From Eledone cirrhosa (taxonomy: Eukaryota): a DNA stretch of 64,000 nt. The stretch spans positions 401,574,001-401,638,000 of the forward strand of contig OZ024740.1 of NCBI GenBank assembly GCA_964016885.1, written 5' to 3'. The notes under the pieces are model-generated. The model searched no databases and was not told where the DNA came from. It saw only the letters and a program-made list of their open reading frames with translations. Shown one piece after another: positions 1 to 14,841 of this stretch; position 1 is the first letter of the stretch; each line of letters begins with the position of its first letter. Both the position numbers and the translations under genes were made by a program.

Positions 1-995
1 GTAAGAATAAACTGAGCTACATAATAAGGGTGTTTAAATGATTTCCATGTATATAAAAAGCAGACAGTAAAAGAAGAAATCAAAAACATAATTACAAGAA
101 ATATAGCCCGAGTATTATCAACCGATGGAAATTATAGTAAAACGAAGACAATATGAAAGAAATTGAATAGTCTTTAAAACCAAGTGAGGAAAGCAACCGA
201 CATAATTCGATATTTTTAGAAACGTTGATCGTATACACTCCAATTCAACAAACAGTCAGAAAGACAAATGTATGAGTGGTTGTTCTTTAATCCCAGGTCA
301 CTACAAATTGTGCAGAACTATCATCAAAGGCATTCTTTCATTTTTTATTCATATGTGTTGCATTTTAGGAATATATATATATATTTATACTAGGGGAGAA
401 AGAGAGAAAGAGAAGGAAGCTATATACGAGAGCGGTATGTAGAAAGACAGAGAAGTATAGAGTGAGATAGATAGAGAGGGAGAGAGACTTAAAAGTGATA
501 GTGATACATACATATTAGGCCAGTTATAATAACAATACATGTGAACATACAATTTAGCCACAGAGAAAGGCTATTTTAACATGAAGTATATTACAACACT
601 CGAAACACATAAAAGATATTTATGACTATGTTTTTTTTACTTATTAACTCACCACGCCATAAGCATTTCTGTCTATATTTACATAACATTTCTGATGTCG
701 TTTTTAATTACATTCATATCATATAACATCTATCAAAATCTTGGTGGTAAGTCGGTAAATAGCTTTTCAATTATGAAAGCATTTAGCTTTCATTTCTTCT
801 AGAACAACCCCGTGTAATTAAGAAATAAAATATTCTGCCGTGAATATATAAGCACAGTAGGATAGTTTCCTCTGACTGTCTGGGCCCTTCTTCGTTGTGA
901 AAAAAAAACAGCTAAAAATCTTGCCTAAGTCCGTTTTAATCGACTCTTCAGGGGTTCTGAAGAAATTATGAAGTTTATTGAGATCATATTACAAT

Positions 996-1026
<31 letters not shown>

Positions 1027-1429
1027 ACGTTTACATTTGTACGACAATACAGAGACAATGTTCATACATTTGTATGTTGTTCAATAGACGGGAACATTCA
1101 AGGAACATAGCTGGAATGAAAAATGAATTTCGCGACTAGATGAATCCATTCTATGTTTTAAATAGGGAAAGCGTGTGAAGGAAGAAAAGTTTTCCAATAA
1201 TATTCTCCAACGTGTCATGAATATACTTTGGTTGTGTTCAAGACAATAGGATACATTGTTTATAGATAAGATTCTGTTTACATTTAAAAGATTATTTAAA
1301 CAAATAAAAGCAATAATAATAATTATTATCATTAATAATTTTCATGGTTCATTTTTCTAAATCTCAGTCATTTAGATGTTAAATAATCTGGATATTTCAG
1401 TTAGGGAACAGTAAAAAAAATGTTGACAA

Positions 1430-1850
1430 AGGTCCCTCACAGCATCCTCTCCTTGCATAGATAATACATTCCTTACATTTCTTATTTGTATTAAGAAGTA
1501 CTGTTTTCTGCATGGCCCGTAACTCTGCATCAATTCCAATTCTATTTAGAGTCTTCAAAACTGTACGATATGAATCTCAATGCCCCAATTACCACTGGAA
1601 TCATTAAAATCTTCTTCCCCCTCAACAACTTTCGATCCTCTTCCTTCTGTGTCTCATACTTTTATATCTTTTCGTGCTCTTTATTCTCCACTCTACTATA
1701 TCCTGGGACAGATAATACAATACAATATGGCTGAGAGTTCATGCTTTTTGATTCACACATTCAACATAATGGTGATTCCATCGTTTCGTCAACATGATAT
1801 TCGAAGAGCTTTTCCTGGCTCCGACGCACTCTTCCTGTTGCTTTTAAATC
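1430..1850 (-). pseudogene. Decayed 3' end of an R4/Dong-type RLE non-LTR retrotransposon
   Basis: Manual minus-strand translation gives DLKAT...ESPLC*MC and ILMIPVVIGALRFIS...MQKTVLL, collinear with DLKKAT...SPLCRIC and VKVIPIVIGALGTIS...LQKACLL of the ORF at 29062-30057; stops and deletions present. Confidence 0.7.
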
Positions 1851-1926
1851 AAAACATAACACACTTATATATCATATATATACATATATCTACAAATGTA
1901 ACAACATCTCCACCTCAGCTCAGTAT

Positions 1927-2015
<89 letters not shown>

Positions 2016-2206
2016 AGATTTGAATGGATACAGTTTAGTTGAAAGGAATTTATTGACACGTGTTTCTATAACAGTTACATAACCTAAAACGGATATCTAC
2101 AAACTTTTAGTTATGCAGACATTCAATATTTCAATGTTATTATTTACTGTCATTTCATCAGAATAATATTACTGAGGACCTATTTAGTTTTTATTTGTTG
2201 TTATAT

Positions 2207-2313
<107 letters not shown>

Positions 2314-2403
2314 TAACAAGCAAAGAAAATTTCAATAATTTTTCGGCCCCATGATTTTTCAGCCCCATGGATTTTGTCTATTGTATTCCTTTGTTATATT
2401 TCA

Positions 2404-2462
2404 AATACCTGATGATGTCACCGGATTCATCCTGAACCCGGTCATTGAAATGATCATAGTAT
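2404..2462 (+). ncRNA. Type I hammerhead ribozyme motif within a (TA)n-flanked insert (about 2305-2660)
   Basis: atac-CTGATGA(2409)-stem II accgg/ccggt-GAAA(2447)-t-gatc-ATA-gtat; stem I atac/gtat. Confidence 0.6.
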
Positions 2463-2665
2463 AATAAACCTTTCAAGGAAGTACACCAGTCCAGCCTCCT
2501 TTTATTTTATAATAATTAACTCCGTACTCGCACCACCAACTACACAAACGAAGACGGGTGAGTTGCATTATGTTGAGTGCTCTCCATAATATTACACCGA
2601 GGTTGACCATACGGAATGACCAGTTCTATCCAGTGGTGAACAAACAAACCTAAATAAATAAATAA

Positions 2666-2713
<48 letters not shown>

Positions 2714-2718
<5 letters not shown>

Positions 2719-3028
2719 TTAGTTAAGCAAAGCAAGACCACACATTTCACAAGGAAGACATTATTAAAAGATTGTCAACATAGTTTTAGTTTGATGTAAG
2801 GAATGTAGAGAATAATTATAATAATATTAATAATAATAATGTCCGTTTACAATTGTTTTGCTACTCCATATAATGTTTCTGGATCAAATTATTATAGATC
2901 ATTATTGATCTGGTTCAGTTGAAAATAATTAACTCAGGTACAATTAGAGCAGCTCATCGGAACTTCAATCTTTTAATAATGTCTTCCTTGTGAAATTTGT
3001 GGTCTTGTTTTGCTTAAATAATGAATAT
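2714..3028. mobile_element. Inverted-repeat element (about 60 bp arms) enclosing a degenerate minus-strand hammerhead
   Basis: 2714-2772 is the reverse complement of 2966-3028; minus strand reads ccgatga-gctgctc...gagtagc-aaaac-aatt-gta (core mutated). Confidence 0.55.
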
Positions 3029-3208
3029 TTCCAGGTCTGTGCACCTGACCTCTGCATGAACCCAGCCACCTAGCTGCCTTCCACTGCATATTGCACATTG
3101 AGCACATGCCTTTACGCTTTGGCTTCTAACTAATTCACCAATCTTTCTTCTCCTCTCCTATCTCTTCTACTATCTCCATCTCTCTCTTTAAGATTGGTTA
3201 CTCTTGAA

Positions 3209-3487
<279 letters not shown>

Positions 3488-3601
3488 TAAACGGAATAGA
3501 AACTGCTGACAAATTGTTCACAGTTGAAAAATGGTATAATTAGGAATAAAAGACTATTAGTGATTGTATATTGTATTCCTTTGTTATATTTCAAATACCT
3601 G

Positions 3602-3691
<90 letters not shown>

Positions 3692-3780
3692 TATGTGTAC
3701 ATACATATGTATACAGACGTACAGTAGTATGTATTTTTTTTATCGTTTTCGGTACGTTCAATCGACTGACAGGAAGGTAT

Positions 3781-3824
3781 ACAGTGCTGATGACAGCTAA
3801 TAAGCTAGAAACTAGTTCATCGTT
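3781..3824 (+). ncRNA. Probable minimal hammerhead motif
   Basis: CTGATGA(3787)-c-agct-aata-agct-a-GAAAC-ta-GTT; stem I pairing weak. Confidence 0.45.
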
Positions 3825-5379
3825 CCTTTGTCAGTGTTGAAAAAAAGGGCAACGATGGTTGCCGAACACTGTACGGCTTAATTCGGACTGTTTGTTTACA
3901 AACAAACCGAACATTATAATAAATGTTCGGTAAGCCCATACGTACATATATATATATGTGTGTGCATGTATGTATGTATATACATACTACTGTACGTCTG
4001 TATACATATATGTATGTACGTATACATACTTATATTTAAGTATCAGCCGTACTAAGAGTGAGAAATTAAATTTCATTTTTTCCATTTATATATATATATA
4101 TATATATATAATATTCATATATATAAACATATATATATTTATGTATGCATATATATGCGGGTGTATGTGTGTATTTGTAGATGTCTATTTATATTTATCA
4201 TCTGGTATCGCTGTCTAATGTCATAATTTATATAGACTGGACGTCTCTAAATCCCGTTTTTCTTGTTTTAGTTATATCTTTGTATGTATCTTCATTTCTG
4301 AATATTATCCATTACCAAGAGAAAAAGTACCATACACATTTTAAACACTACAAAACACCAACTTCACAACCTACACTATCAACTAATATTTAGTCGCTGT
4401 AGTTGACAAAAAGAAAGTTTTCAAAATTCATAACAGAGTATTCTGTAAATGGATTTATACGTAGTCTTGCCTGGCTATGTTTTAAAATGTTGAATATTTT
4501 TATACTTGCTCAAAAGTCATGATTTTCAAGACAAATTTTCTATGGGAAAGTAGGTGCCCTATGACTCTAGTAGGCTCCCGTCGGTTGGACGATATCAGTA
4601 ATTCAAACGATCATCTTTATCACATACTGTGTCACGATGATTCTATCTGAGAATGATATTAGTGTTCATGTGTCTGTTTGATATTGAGACAACAGTGCTA
4701 TAGTTAAATGAGATGGCAGTTCATTTAATCATGTATGTGTAATAGCCGACTCGTTGTGCATGTATTTACAAACGCACACGCACACACGCATAAACACATG
4801 CGCGCGCGCACACACACACACACATACTGACACTCTCGCTCACACACATATATTTACGTATACACCATGTATATACTTAAGTGTTTATTCGATATAACTA
4901 TGTTGCATTTCTGATAATACTGTAAGTGTGTCTCTGTGTATGAATGCGTAAATGTTCCTTGTATAGGAAACGATGCTTAAATAAAGGCAATAATATATAA
5001 TGTCAGAACTTCACGCATATGTACACATGCGCAAACGTATACTACATAGAATTATCAATATCACGGCCACCACTAACACTGACACCCCCGACATAAACAC
5101 CCCATGTCCACCCGGACCTTACATAGTGTTGTTTCACTACAATGTCAGTTTACCTCTATCACACTTGCCGTTGTTTTTAGCTCGCATGTAATCCGACGTT
5201 CTTTAGCTGGGCTGGTGAAACATTAGATAACTTCAACAGAATGTTCAGATTAAACGTGAAAAAGTGTGAAGAAATACTGAGGGCTACTGCGGAACGAATA
5301 TGTTAACCTAGCTGGAATCCTATGAATGTTAACCGGAAGAGCAGCTGTAAATAAGAAATTACACTTGAATAAATTCAGT

Positions 5380-5650
5380 CTCGATTCTTTTACTGGGTAC
5401 AAAATAAATATCAGCGAAAGAAAACAAACGAAATAATTACGATAGAAGGAAAGAATATTCCTCTGACGGGTCTTTGGGATAATGTTACAAGATTGCATGC
5501 GTAGCTCGGAGATCGGATAGATCCGCTACTATTCCGAATTGAGAGATCACATCTACGATATTATGGACATGTGGTTAGAATGTCTCGGGAAACAATCGTT
5601 GGACACATTTTACGCATAAAGCCAACGGGCGGAAGACTTTTGGGTATCAT
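5380..5650 (+). pseudogene. RTE-clade LINE C-terminal relic
   Basis: Manual translation RVFGIMLQDCMRSSEI / IDPLLFRIERSHLRYYGHVVRMSRETIVGHILRIKPTGGR resembles the RTE C-terminal LRWxGHVxRM...GxR motif; frameshifted. Confidence 0.7.
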
Positions 5651-5786
5651 AAGCTGCAAAGGATTCGCTTAGAGTACCAGCCACCTCAAATAGAGTTGTT
5701 TGTTTCTGGCAAGAGCTCCTGGAATGCGTGATTGGGCAAAGATGATGTATATATATATGTATAGTATTCTTCATCTGTTCAGCGCA

Positions 5787-5913
<127 letters not shown>

Positions 5914-5929
5914 ATTGTGTGTACATTTG

Positions 5930-6080
5930 GTACACGGCCAGTAATTTGAAAGGAAGTGGAAAGTTGACTGGGATTTTATTTCATCGACCCCGTTAGGATG
6001 AAAGGCAAAGCTGTTTTGTAACCCTAAAGGGCCGTTAATATATGCCAGAAAGCATGCTGTCTATCGTTTTACTAATACTG
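5930..6080 (-). mobile_element. Degenerate tRNA-derived SINE fragment
   Basis: ttcatcgaccccgttaggatgaaaggcaaag matches the SINE core seen in the other copies. Confidence 0.65.
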
Positions 6081-6831
6081 CTCTTACATTACTTTTCTAT
6101 ATATGAAAAAGTAACATAAGAGCTTAGATATACAAAATATATTGTCCGTAGAGCAAAAAATCCCTCTCCTCATACTTCTGTGACAGTAGAGCCCCTGCCT
6201 TTCCCTTCCTATTCCATTGTTTTTAAAAAAATATTTTCGTATTTCTCAATACATTCTTTCTTCTCAATTATAGCAGGAGAATGTTCATTAAATATTTCTT
6301 CATTACGTCAATGTGTGGAGCGAGAAGAACAATTTCTTGCAAAGAAAAACAAAAATTATGTTATGAAATTAGACTATTTAGAATAGCCGATTGATTTCCA
6401 GTTACGAATGTTGAAAATTCTTAGAAGATTTTACAGAAAGAATCATGATTACGTCATTGTTTCTTTTTTTAAAAATTCCCGTGAGATATTCAATAAAGGA
6501 ATTCGGGAAGTTACATTTGCACTGGTGTATAAATGTTACGCATATTGTTATGCATCGAAGTTAAAAATAAATCTACAAACATACACAAACAGCGACATAC
6601 TCACGCGCACACGGAAACACATAGATATATAACTATAATTTAGTTTGAGCTACATATTTTCTTTTTCTTGTGTACTATAGGCAGACACATATATTTTGAA
6701 ATACAATTGGCGCATCTTCAGCCCTTTATTACTATTTTTCTAATATAGCATGATTTGTGCATAATGCTTTAGTTTTTTTCTTTCTCCCTCTCTCCTTCTC
6801 TCCCCCTCTATCTATCCCTCTTTCTATATCG

Positions 6832-6916
<85 letters not shown>

Positions 6917-6950
6917 AGAAAAAAAGAGAATCAGTGTTGCGAATTTATTG

Positions 6951-7046
6951 GACATATTACAATCGTTTCTCTGGCGACCAGCTCCAGGGACGATCGATGT
7001 GATGATCGAACCTGACTCTGAAAGTCGCAAGGTCCTCAGATACGTC
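6951..7046 (-). ncRNA. Hammerhead motif with extended stem II; same family as 57629-57720
   Basis: Minus strand gacgtat-CTGAGGA-..gcgac...gtcgc..-GAAAC-gatt-GTA-atatgtc. Confidence 0.7.
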
Positions 7047-7440
7047 TCGATTATGTTACCTGAAAGGAGGGTATAGTGGTGATGAATGAGAGAAAGGTGA
7101 TAAATAAATTTGGTGGAGAGATGTCACAAGAGAACGGTGTTCAGTGTACATGTGTGGTATTCCGTTTATCAATTTCCAAGGAGGATGTATACTTGTTGAA
7201 TGTGTATGCCTGTGGGTAAGCACTTTCATTACATTTTATCTTTTACGTCATATCGGTTTTATTATGTGGGTGCAAGTAAAACTTGAAAATTAGTGAAGAA
7301 TGGGCATAGCTTGGAGAGGAAACAGCTGTTTTAATCCATGCACATATTTTAAAGTTCATAGATGTTACACCCTCATTTGTCTGACTAATAACATGTCTGA
7401 GTTTACATATATTAAAGAAGAAACATAAGCATATTGATTA

Positions 7441-7606
7441 ATTGGCAGTATCAATAGAGGGTCGGACACCATACTTTGCAGCATAGAGTCCAGAGTTCAA
7501 ATCCCTCCGAGGTTAACTTTACCTTTCATCCTTACGGGGTCGATATAATAAAGTACCAGTAATACACTGGGTAATTTGCTGTCCTTGTGCCAAAAGTAGA
7601 AACAAT
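7441..7606 (+). mobile_element. tRNA-derived SINE with Meta-like central domain (octopus-type)
   Basis: A-box-like tggcagtatc, B-box gagttcaaatcc, core cctttcatccttacggggtcgat..aaagtaccag, tail ccttgtgccaaaagtagaaacaatt. Confidence 0.85.
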
Positions 7607-8318
7607 TAATTAATAGTACGTTTTGTTTAGTTAAATGGATGAGAGATAAACACAATATGAGGAGAAGCACCAGTGTTTCTCCTAGTGGAATTATACATGC
7701 TTCCTTAAACTATATTCATTGTTGTAGTTAGAACAGCATATTATATCGACACATAATTTTCACCCATCCGTCAGTGTGTTTTGAAATTCTGATGAAATTT
7801 AAGGGTAGCCATAAAAATTTGGCAGGGACCATTTCTCTCAATACTTGAACTGAACCAATTACTTCCAGATAAAGACAATGAGGAATAAAGATAAATCAAG
7901 AATTGACTGAATAACTGAATGAGAATTTATGATTTCAAATCGATGAAAGGCAAAGTTGACTTCGTAGAGATTTCATTGAAAACTGTGGCACATTGCAATT
8001 AAGTGAGAAGTTATTCATTATAACCGAAGCCTTGTTAGGAGTAAATGAGATGTTTAGAAACTTAAATATAGATTCTAAAATATATATTTTCGACATCCAA
8101 TATGTATTTAGGGTAAATTTGATCTTTCGACAGTAAATTCGTACCGATTGTACAGAACTGTACGGTACTTTCATGTAGGTGGATGCATACATGTTGAATG
8201 TGAATACATGTGCTCAAGCACTTTCATTATTTTTCATCTATACGTCATATCGTTTTATTATCTCTTGCAGTGCATTCTTGATACACACATAGATAAATAT
8301 ATACGTACACACTTGTCG

Positions 8319-8465
<147 letters not shown>

Positions 8466-8604
8466 GTGTGTATATATATATATATGCTCGGACCTACTCG
8501 TTAGAATCTTAGAGCTTATTTTGAGGGTGATATGGCGCATGTCTTTCTGGCATGACACCCATAATTTTGATTTAGATTAAATTCATTTGATTTATCTTAA
8601 TTTT

Positions 8605-8716
<112 letters not shown>

Positions 8717-8863
8717 ATGGGGGAGGTTGTGTGTGTGTGTGTACATTTATTAGTATGTAATTATCTATATCTGATTTTTTTCACTATCTCTTCCATTCAC
8801 TCTCTAAATCGCTCTCTCACCTTCTCTCTCTCTCCATCTCTCCTTCTACCTCTCTCTCTCTGA

Positions 8864-8903
<40 letters not shown>

Positions 8904-9405
8904 CAGTGTCTATCACAATTATTTGTGTACGGACATGTCTACCTAAATATCTATCATACATGTGTACCTATACAAAAAATGTTTATCTCTTCCGTTCAAC
9001 CTCTACCAAACGAGTTATTCGTGTTTAGTTCTTGTTTTGGCAATGTTAGCTTAGATTCTACAACCATCATCTGTTTCGTATTAAGATCCAAATACCGGAG
9101 CTCGTCTACAGGAGGCGGTGAAAGGTGTATGATATAGTGGCTTGATATATCACTTTTGATTCGTCCCTCGGCAACATGTTTTAGGGACGGTTCTAAGGTT
9201 AAGTAATTTCCTGTTGGACTTTCAACGCTCCTGTTAGTTGAGCTTGTGGGGGTGTTTCTTGGATGTATTTATTCAATTCAATACACACACCCACCCATCT
9301 ACACACCTCTCTCTCTCTGTATATATATACACATACACACACACACATATATATATACATATATATATGTATATATATGTGTGTATATATATGTATACAT
9401 ATATG

Positions 9406-9486
<81 letters not shown>

Positions 9487-9510
9487 ACACGCACACACGC
9501 ACACACACAC

Positions 9511-9561
<51 letters not shown>

Positions 9562-10308
9562 AAGAGTGACAAGGGGAGAGAAATATATCTAGACTTACGT
9601 ATGCGTGTTTTCTTTTAAGCATTTATGTTTTGGTTCTTTATGAAATGTAGATACTACAGATTCTCTCTCAATGAATAGGGAAACGAAATTCTGCCGTGTC
9701 TCATCATATGTACCGCTCCACCAACTTTAGCTCTATGTGACTGTGTGTATAATATAATATATACTGTTTGCTCTACAGTCAGAAACAACTGTAACGGATT
9801 ATTGCTGAAAGGTTAAAAACGCAAAATTGAGTTGGATTTGTTTGTGTGTCTTATGTCATTAAGCCATCGTATCTATTTTCATAAGTCATGTAACTTTCTT
9901 TTATCATTTCTAATCATGTTGCCAATGATTACACTTTTCTGAAAATGACATCAGAGCAATTGTGTAGAAGAAACGTTGGTTTAAGTTATAATTCACTCTG
10001 TGATCAGGTACATAGCAACCATTTTCTTATAAGCAGAAGAAAACAGTGAAAATAATGAACTGAAGATTGTACATAAATACATAAATACACATACATACAT
10101 ACATACAAAAATACACATACATAATACATACATACATATATACATACATATATAGTTGAAAAAGAAGTAAAGTTCTATACAAATCAAATCTATATGTAAA
10201 ACGTTACAGTGAAAAAGCAGCGTGCTATATTCAAAGATTTATATTTCTCTTTAAACCGACAGAATTAAAATAATTATTACAGTTACATTAAATGAAGGAT
10301 ACAATAGA

Positions 10309-10385
<77 letters not shown>

Positions 10386-10422
10386 ATACTTTGGGAGGGT
10401 CATGTTGCCAAATTCAGAAACG

Positions 10423-10480
<58 letters not shown>

Positions 10481-10619
10481 CAATGTATATATATGAGGCA
10501 ATATATTGTATGTTTAATTAAAAACATTTAGAAGACCATTCGCTATGAGTTTTAAAGTAGTGACTATGTCACTTATATAATAGGAGCAAGACCTGAAGAA
10601 TAGAATTTGTTCTGATGCC

Positions 10620-10790
10620 GTGAACGTCCACTCCGACAAAACTGGCTATCTATATCAAGTGGAGTGCAGTACTTACCAAAAACTGCTACATAATGCTGTA
10701 ACTAAGGATTACCGTAAAACTAATCGGAGTGTCATTAATGACATCAACGATGCTATGTGTAAAATCACCTCTGATCTCAACACGTATTAT
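10620..10790 (+). pseudogene. Penelope-like element N-terminal RT fragment
   Basis: SDKTGYLYQV..TYQKLLHNAVTKDYRKT..INDIN aligns with ADKTSNVYTM..TY...KYKKT..LNSIN at 48806-49030. Confidence 0.65.
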
Positions 10791-11156
10791 CTTCGCTTTT
10801 TTCCGTTCATTGCCAGGGAACATCTCCACGAACCAAAATATCGTCTTCCTGTTTTCCTACGGCTGCAACGTTTTTCGAAATATTTACTTCTGCGTTCACA
10901 GATTGGTTTTTTTAGTTTCAGAAGATCCTGTTAAGGATGAAAGCAGCGATTCTTTGCTTAAACTTTAATCTATTATTTTAATAAATATTTGCTCTAGGGT
11001 TCTTATATATTTGATATATATTTATCCTTATCGAGCCCTCGTTGGATTTTAGTCTTCAAATTTATTATTATTACTATATATATATATATATAAGTAGTTC
11101 CAGAACAGTTAGTTCACTATACCGAGAACAAATGTTTCACATTATTCGGATCTTAG

Positions 11157-11230
<74 letters not shown>

Positions 11231-12008
11231 TAAGTATAAGTTATCATTTGGCTATTTAGGTTGATGGATAAATTGATAAATCTAGAAAACATGAAATCGT
11301 AATTTTATTGCCAGGTGTGTATTCTGCTGGCAAAATCAGGGTAGATGTTTACATTTCTATCACATGAAATGAACTATTTTGAAACAGCGAAGTGAAATGT
11401 CGTTAAAATAAGAAATCAAAAAAGTTTTTATAAAGACAAGACGAGAAAAGACACATGTTGTTAAGCTTCTCATAATTTCAAGTAACACTATATACAAAAG
11501 TAATAACCTATATGAATTAGTAATAGGAAATAATTAATTTCAAGGGCTAGAAGATTCTATTTAATACCCTATCTCGATTCTTTTCCTCACATTCCACTGA
11601 ATTACGCCTACACAGTCTTTCCTGCAATAAGTTTCATCTTTAACTCTTCAATATGTGTTAACTCAACTGTTGCAAGTAATATTAACAGTATCCTCCAGTT
11701 CGTCACATAATGCCATATGACGAATAATATAGAACAATAAGAATTGTATATGACTATTTCCTTTTGAGAACAAATGTCTTAGTTCTAGAACAGTCCATGT
11801 TGGTGTATTATATGTTGGTGTATTATATTAAGTTTTCCTCAGGGAATAACGAATCGCTTTAAAATTACGCGGACATATAGATAAATAGATAGATGGAGTG
11901 AAAGAAAGAGAGAGAGAAAGAGAGGGAGAGAGGTTAGGAACGAGTGTACATATATGTGTGTGTGTGTTCATGCGTGTCTGCGCATGCGAAAGTGTGTATA
12001 TATTTATG

Positions 12009-12053
<45 letters not shown>

Positions 12054-12062
<9 letters not shown>

Positions 12063-12601
12063 TAAAAAAATAATGAATAAAACAAAGAAACAGTTCCTTA
12101 TATTAAACAAAAAAAGTTCATTATTTAACGATCGTTTCTAGGACATATATGTGTTAGAATTGGCATGCATATTCAAAAGATCTATGTACAAAATTATACA
12201 AACTATCAAGGAGAATATACATACCATCACATATACAATCTGTCTTCAGAAATAATTATTTCTGAAGACAGCATGTATATGTGATGGTATATGTGATGGT
12301 ATCATGTAATCTCCTTGATAGTTTGTATAATTTTGTACATAGATCTTTTGAATATGCATGCCAATTCTAACACATATATGTCCTAGAAACGATCGTTAAA
12401 TAATGAACTTTTTTTGTTTAATATAAGGAACTGTTTCTTTGTTTTATTCATTATTTTTTTAATATTTTATCTTGACTCTGTATTCCGTTTATCTTTCACC
12501 GAAAGTGATTTTTGAATGCATCTCTTCTTTCCATGATATCCGGATTACATTGAGTTCTTCATACGGATTGGACGCTACCGTAAACTTTTGGTAGATTTAT
12601 C

Positions 12602-12604
<3 letters not shown>
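12054..12604. mobile_element. Palindromic hammerhead element between (TA)n tracts
   Basis: 12054-12255 is the reverse complement of 12256-12470; right arm extends to about 12604; ttattt-CTGAAGA(12262)...GAAAC(12386)-gatc-GTT-aaataa on both strands. Confidence 0.85.
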
Positions 12605-12640
<36 letters not shown>

Positions 12641-12645
<5 letters not shown>

Positions 12646-13731
12646 AATATATCAACTAACATAAGCGCACAGATGTACGCTAATGCCAGAAAATACACAG
12701 GTTATGTCATAGTACCTAGGTGGTTCAATGCAGGAGGATGCAGAACAATAATATAGAAGACGTAAAATAAGAAAATCCTTTAAAAAAAGTTTTTAAAAAA
12801 ACTTTTTAACTTACTTACTTAAATTTTCACTCCAACTAATTAGTTTCTGCAATGGGATAAAGACAGTTACGTAATCTAACTGTCAAGAATTCATTGCGTC
12901 ATCAGGGAGTCTATTCTCAGCTAAGTCTCCAGGCAATGCGCGGACACTGGGGGCTCATATAAAAATAATAATAATTCGGTAGATGGAACAGCTAGCGGGG
13001 ACTGAATTCCATGCACTGAAATCCTCACTGCCTCTAGTCAAATGGCCGATTCTAAAGAATCAATCACGTGACACAGAGGCTAGTCAGTAGGAATGGGATG
13101 GTAAGATGACAGACGCCTACTAACACCCCCAAAAAAAATTTAGAAGTGGTTTTGGCAGGTTTGCTCGACAAATCAGTGATTTGGAGATAAATATAGATAA
13201 TTTAATATATCAACTAACATAAGCGCACAGATGTACGCTAATGCCAGCAAATACACAGGTTATGTCATAGTACCTAGGTGGTTCAATGCAGGAGGATGCA
13301 GAACAATAATATAGAAGACGTAAAATAAGAAAATCCTTTAAAAAAAGTTTTTAAAAAAACTTTTTAACTTACTTACTTAAATTTTCACTCCAACTAATTA
13401 GTTTCTGCAATGGGATAAAGACAGTTACGTAATCTAACTGTCAAGAATTCATTGCGTCATCAGGGAGTCTATTCTCAGCTAAGTCTCCAGGCAATGCGCG
13501 GACACTGGGGGCTCATATAAAAATAATAATAATTCGGTAGATGGAACAGCTAGCGGGGACTGAATTCCATGCACTGAAATCCTCACTGCCTCTAGTCAAA
13601 TTCTCGACAGTTAGATTACGTAACTGTCTTTATCCCATTGCAGAAACTAATTAGTTGGAGTGAAAATTTAAGTAAGTAAGTTAAAATTTTTAAAAAAAAA
13701 CTTTTTTTAAAGGATTTTCTTATTTTACGTC

Positions 13732-13738
<7 letters not shown>
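12641..13738 (-). mobile_element. Retrozyme-like element: about 1.7 tandem 558 bp units plus an inverted arm, in (TA)n
   Basis: Unit starts at 12641 and 13199; 13601-13738 is an inverted copy of about 12753-12890; one hammerhead per unit. Confidence 0.88.
12829..12910 (-). ncRNA. Type I hammerhead ribozyme (second copy 13387-13468)
   Basis: actcc-CTGATGA-c-gcaatg...cattgc-a-GAAAC-taatta-GTT-ggagt; stems I and II pair perfectly. Confidence 0.88.
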
Positions 13739-13803
<65 letters not shown>

Positions 13804-13966
13804 AAATAGTAGAAAGGAAAAAGATTCTTAGTAAATGCTGAAGAGATTTTTTTCAGTGAAATATCAAAACATTAATCTATTTACAATACCGGTTTCAGCA
13901 TTATATGCATTGTCAATTGCGGATATGCATAATATTTTTAAGTTGCATATTTGTACAAATAGTGAT

Positions 13967-14104
13967 AATAATTGTTTCTACTTTTAGCACAAGACCAGCA
14001 ATTATCCCAGTGTATTGCTGGTACTTTATTTTATCCACTCGGTAAGGATGAAAAGCAAATTTAACCTTGACGGGATTTGAACTCAGATCATAAAGGAACG
14101 TAAC
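13967..14104 (-). mobile_element. SINE, 5'-truncated
   Basis: Reverse complement of SINE tail, core and B-box (gggatttgaactcag). Confidence 0.8.
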
Positions 14105-14457
14105 GAAAATAAAAGGGGGAAACAAATTAATTTTCGTATATATATATATCACGCTGTCCTCACAAATCCAGAGTCATTAGAGTGCCGGATTACAATTTCT
14201 TTTGTATTTCTTCCAATCCATTGCTCTCTGCATTCAAACATGCCAACCTCAACTTTGCCTTTCATTATTCCGAGGTCAGTTAACGTACCAGTCCAAAACT
14301 GATGTCGATTCCTACTCAGTCAGTTTTCTCCGGCTTTCTCAATCTTTCTCTAGGTGCCATCGGCTGTTACGATCTGTAGAGTGCTGGGCTCCACCAGGTA
14401 TAAACAGCTCCAAACAAGTCGTGTGTAACGACGTGTCTCTACGTCTCTATTAATACT

Positions 14458-14472
14458 AGCAGCAGCAGAAGC

Positions 14473-14542
<70 letters not shown>
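14458..14542. repeat. (AGT)n microsatellite
   Basis: Direct reading. Confidence 0.97.
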
Positions 14543-14841
14543 ATGATTTCTGACACTTACTAGAGATGACTTGTTCATAGGGGGGAGACAGTGAGACAGT
14601 TGGGGACGGGGGGGGGGGCAATTTAATTATCCTTTCCACCATCTTTTTAGAAGAAGGTATAATTCTTTCTAATATGGATTTTGATTTCATTATAGCTACC
14701 TATTTCGGGCGATCCCATGACAGTCAGTAACCGTGTCATGATTACATTTCTGTATTTTCCCTGCTCATTACGCTGAGCTAAACTTTGATATATATCATTC
14801 CAAATATCGATAACCTAAAATATCTGTCAATTATTAAGGAC

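Noticed and set aside
7441-7510. tRNA gene
   Set aside because: A/B boxes belong to SINE heads; no cloverleaf
13833-13885. CTGAAGA motif next to (TA)n
   Set aside because: AAAAC instead of GAAAC and poor stem I pairing
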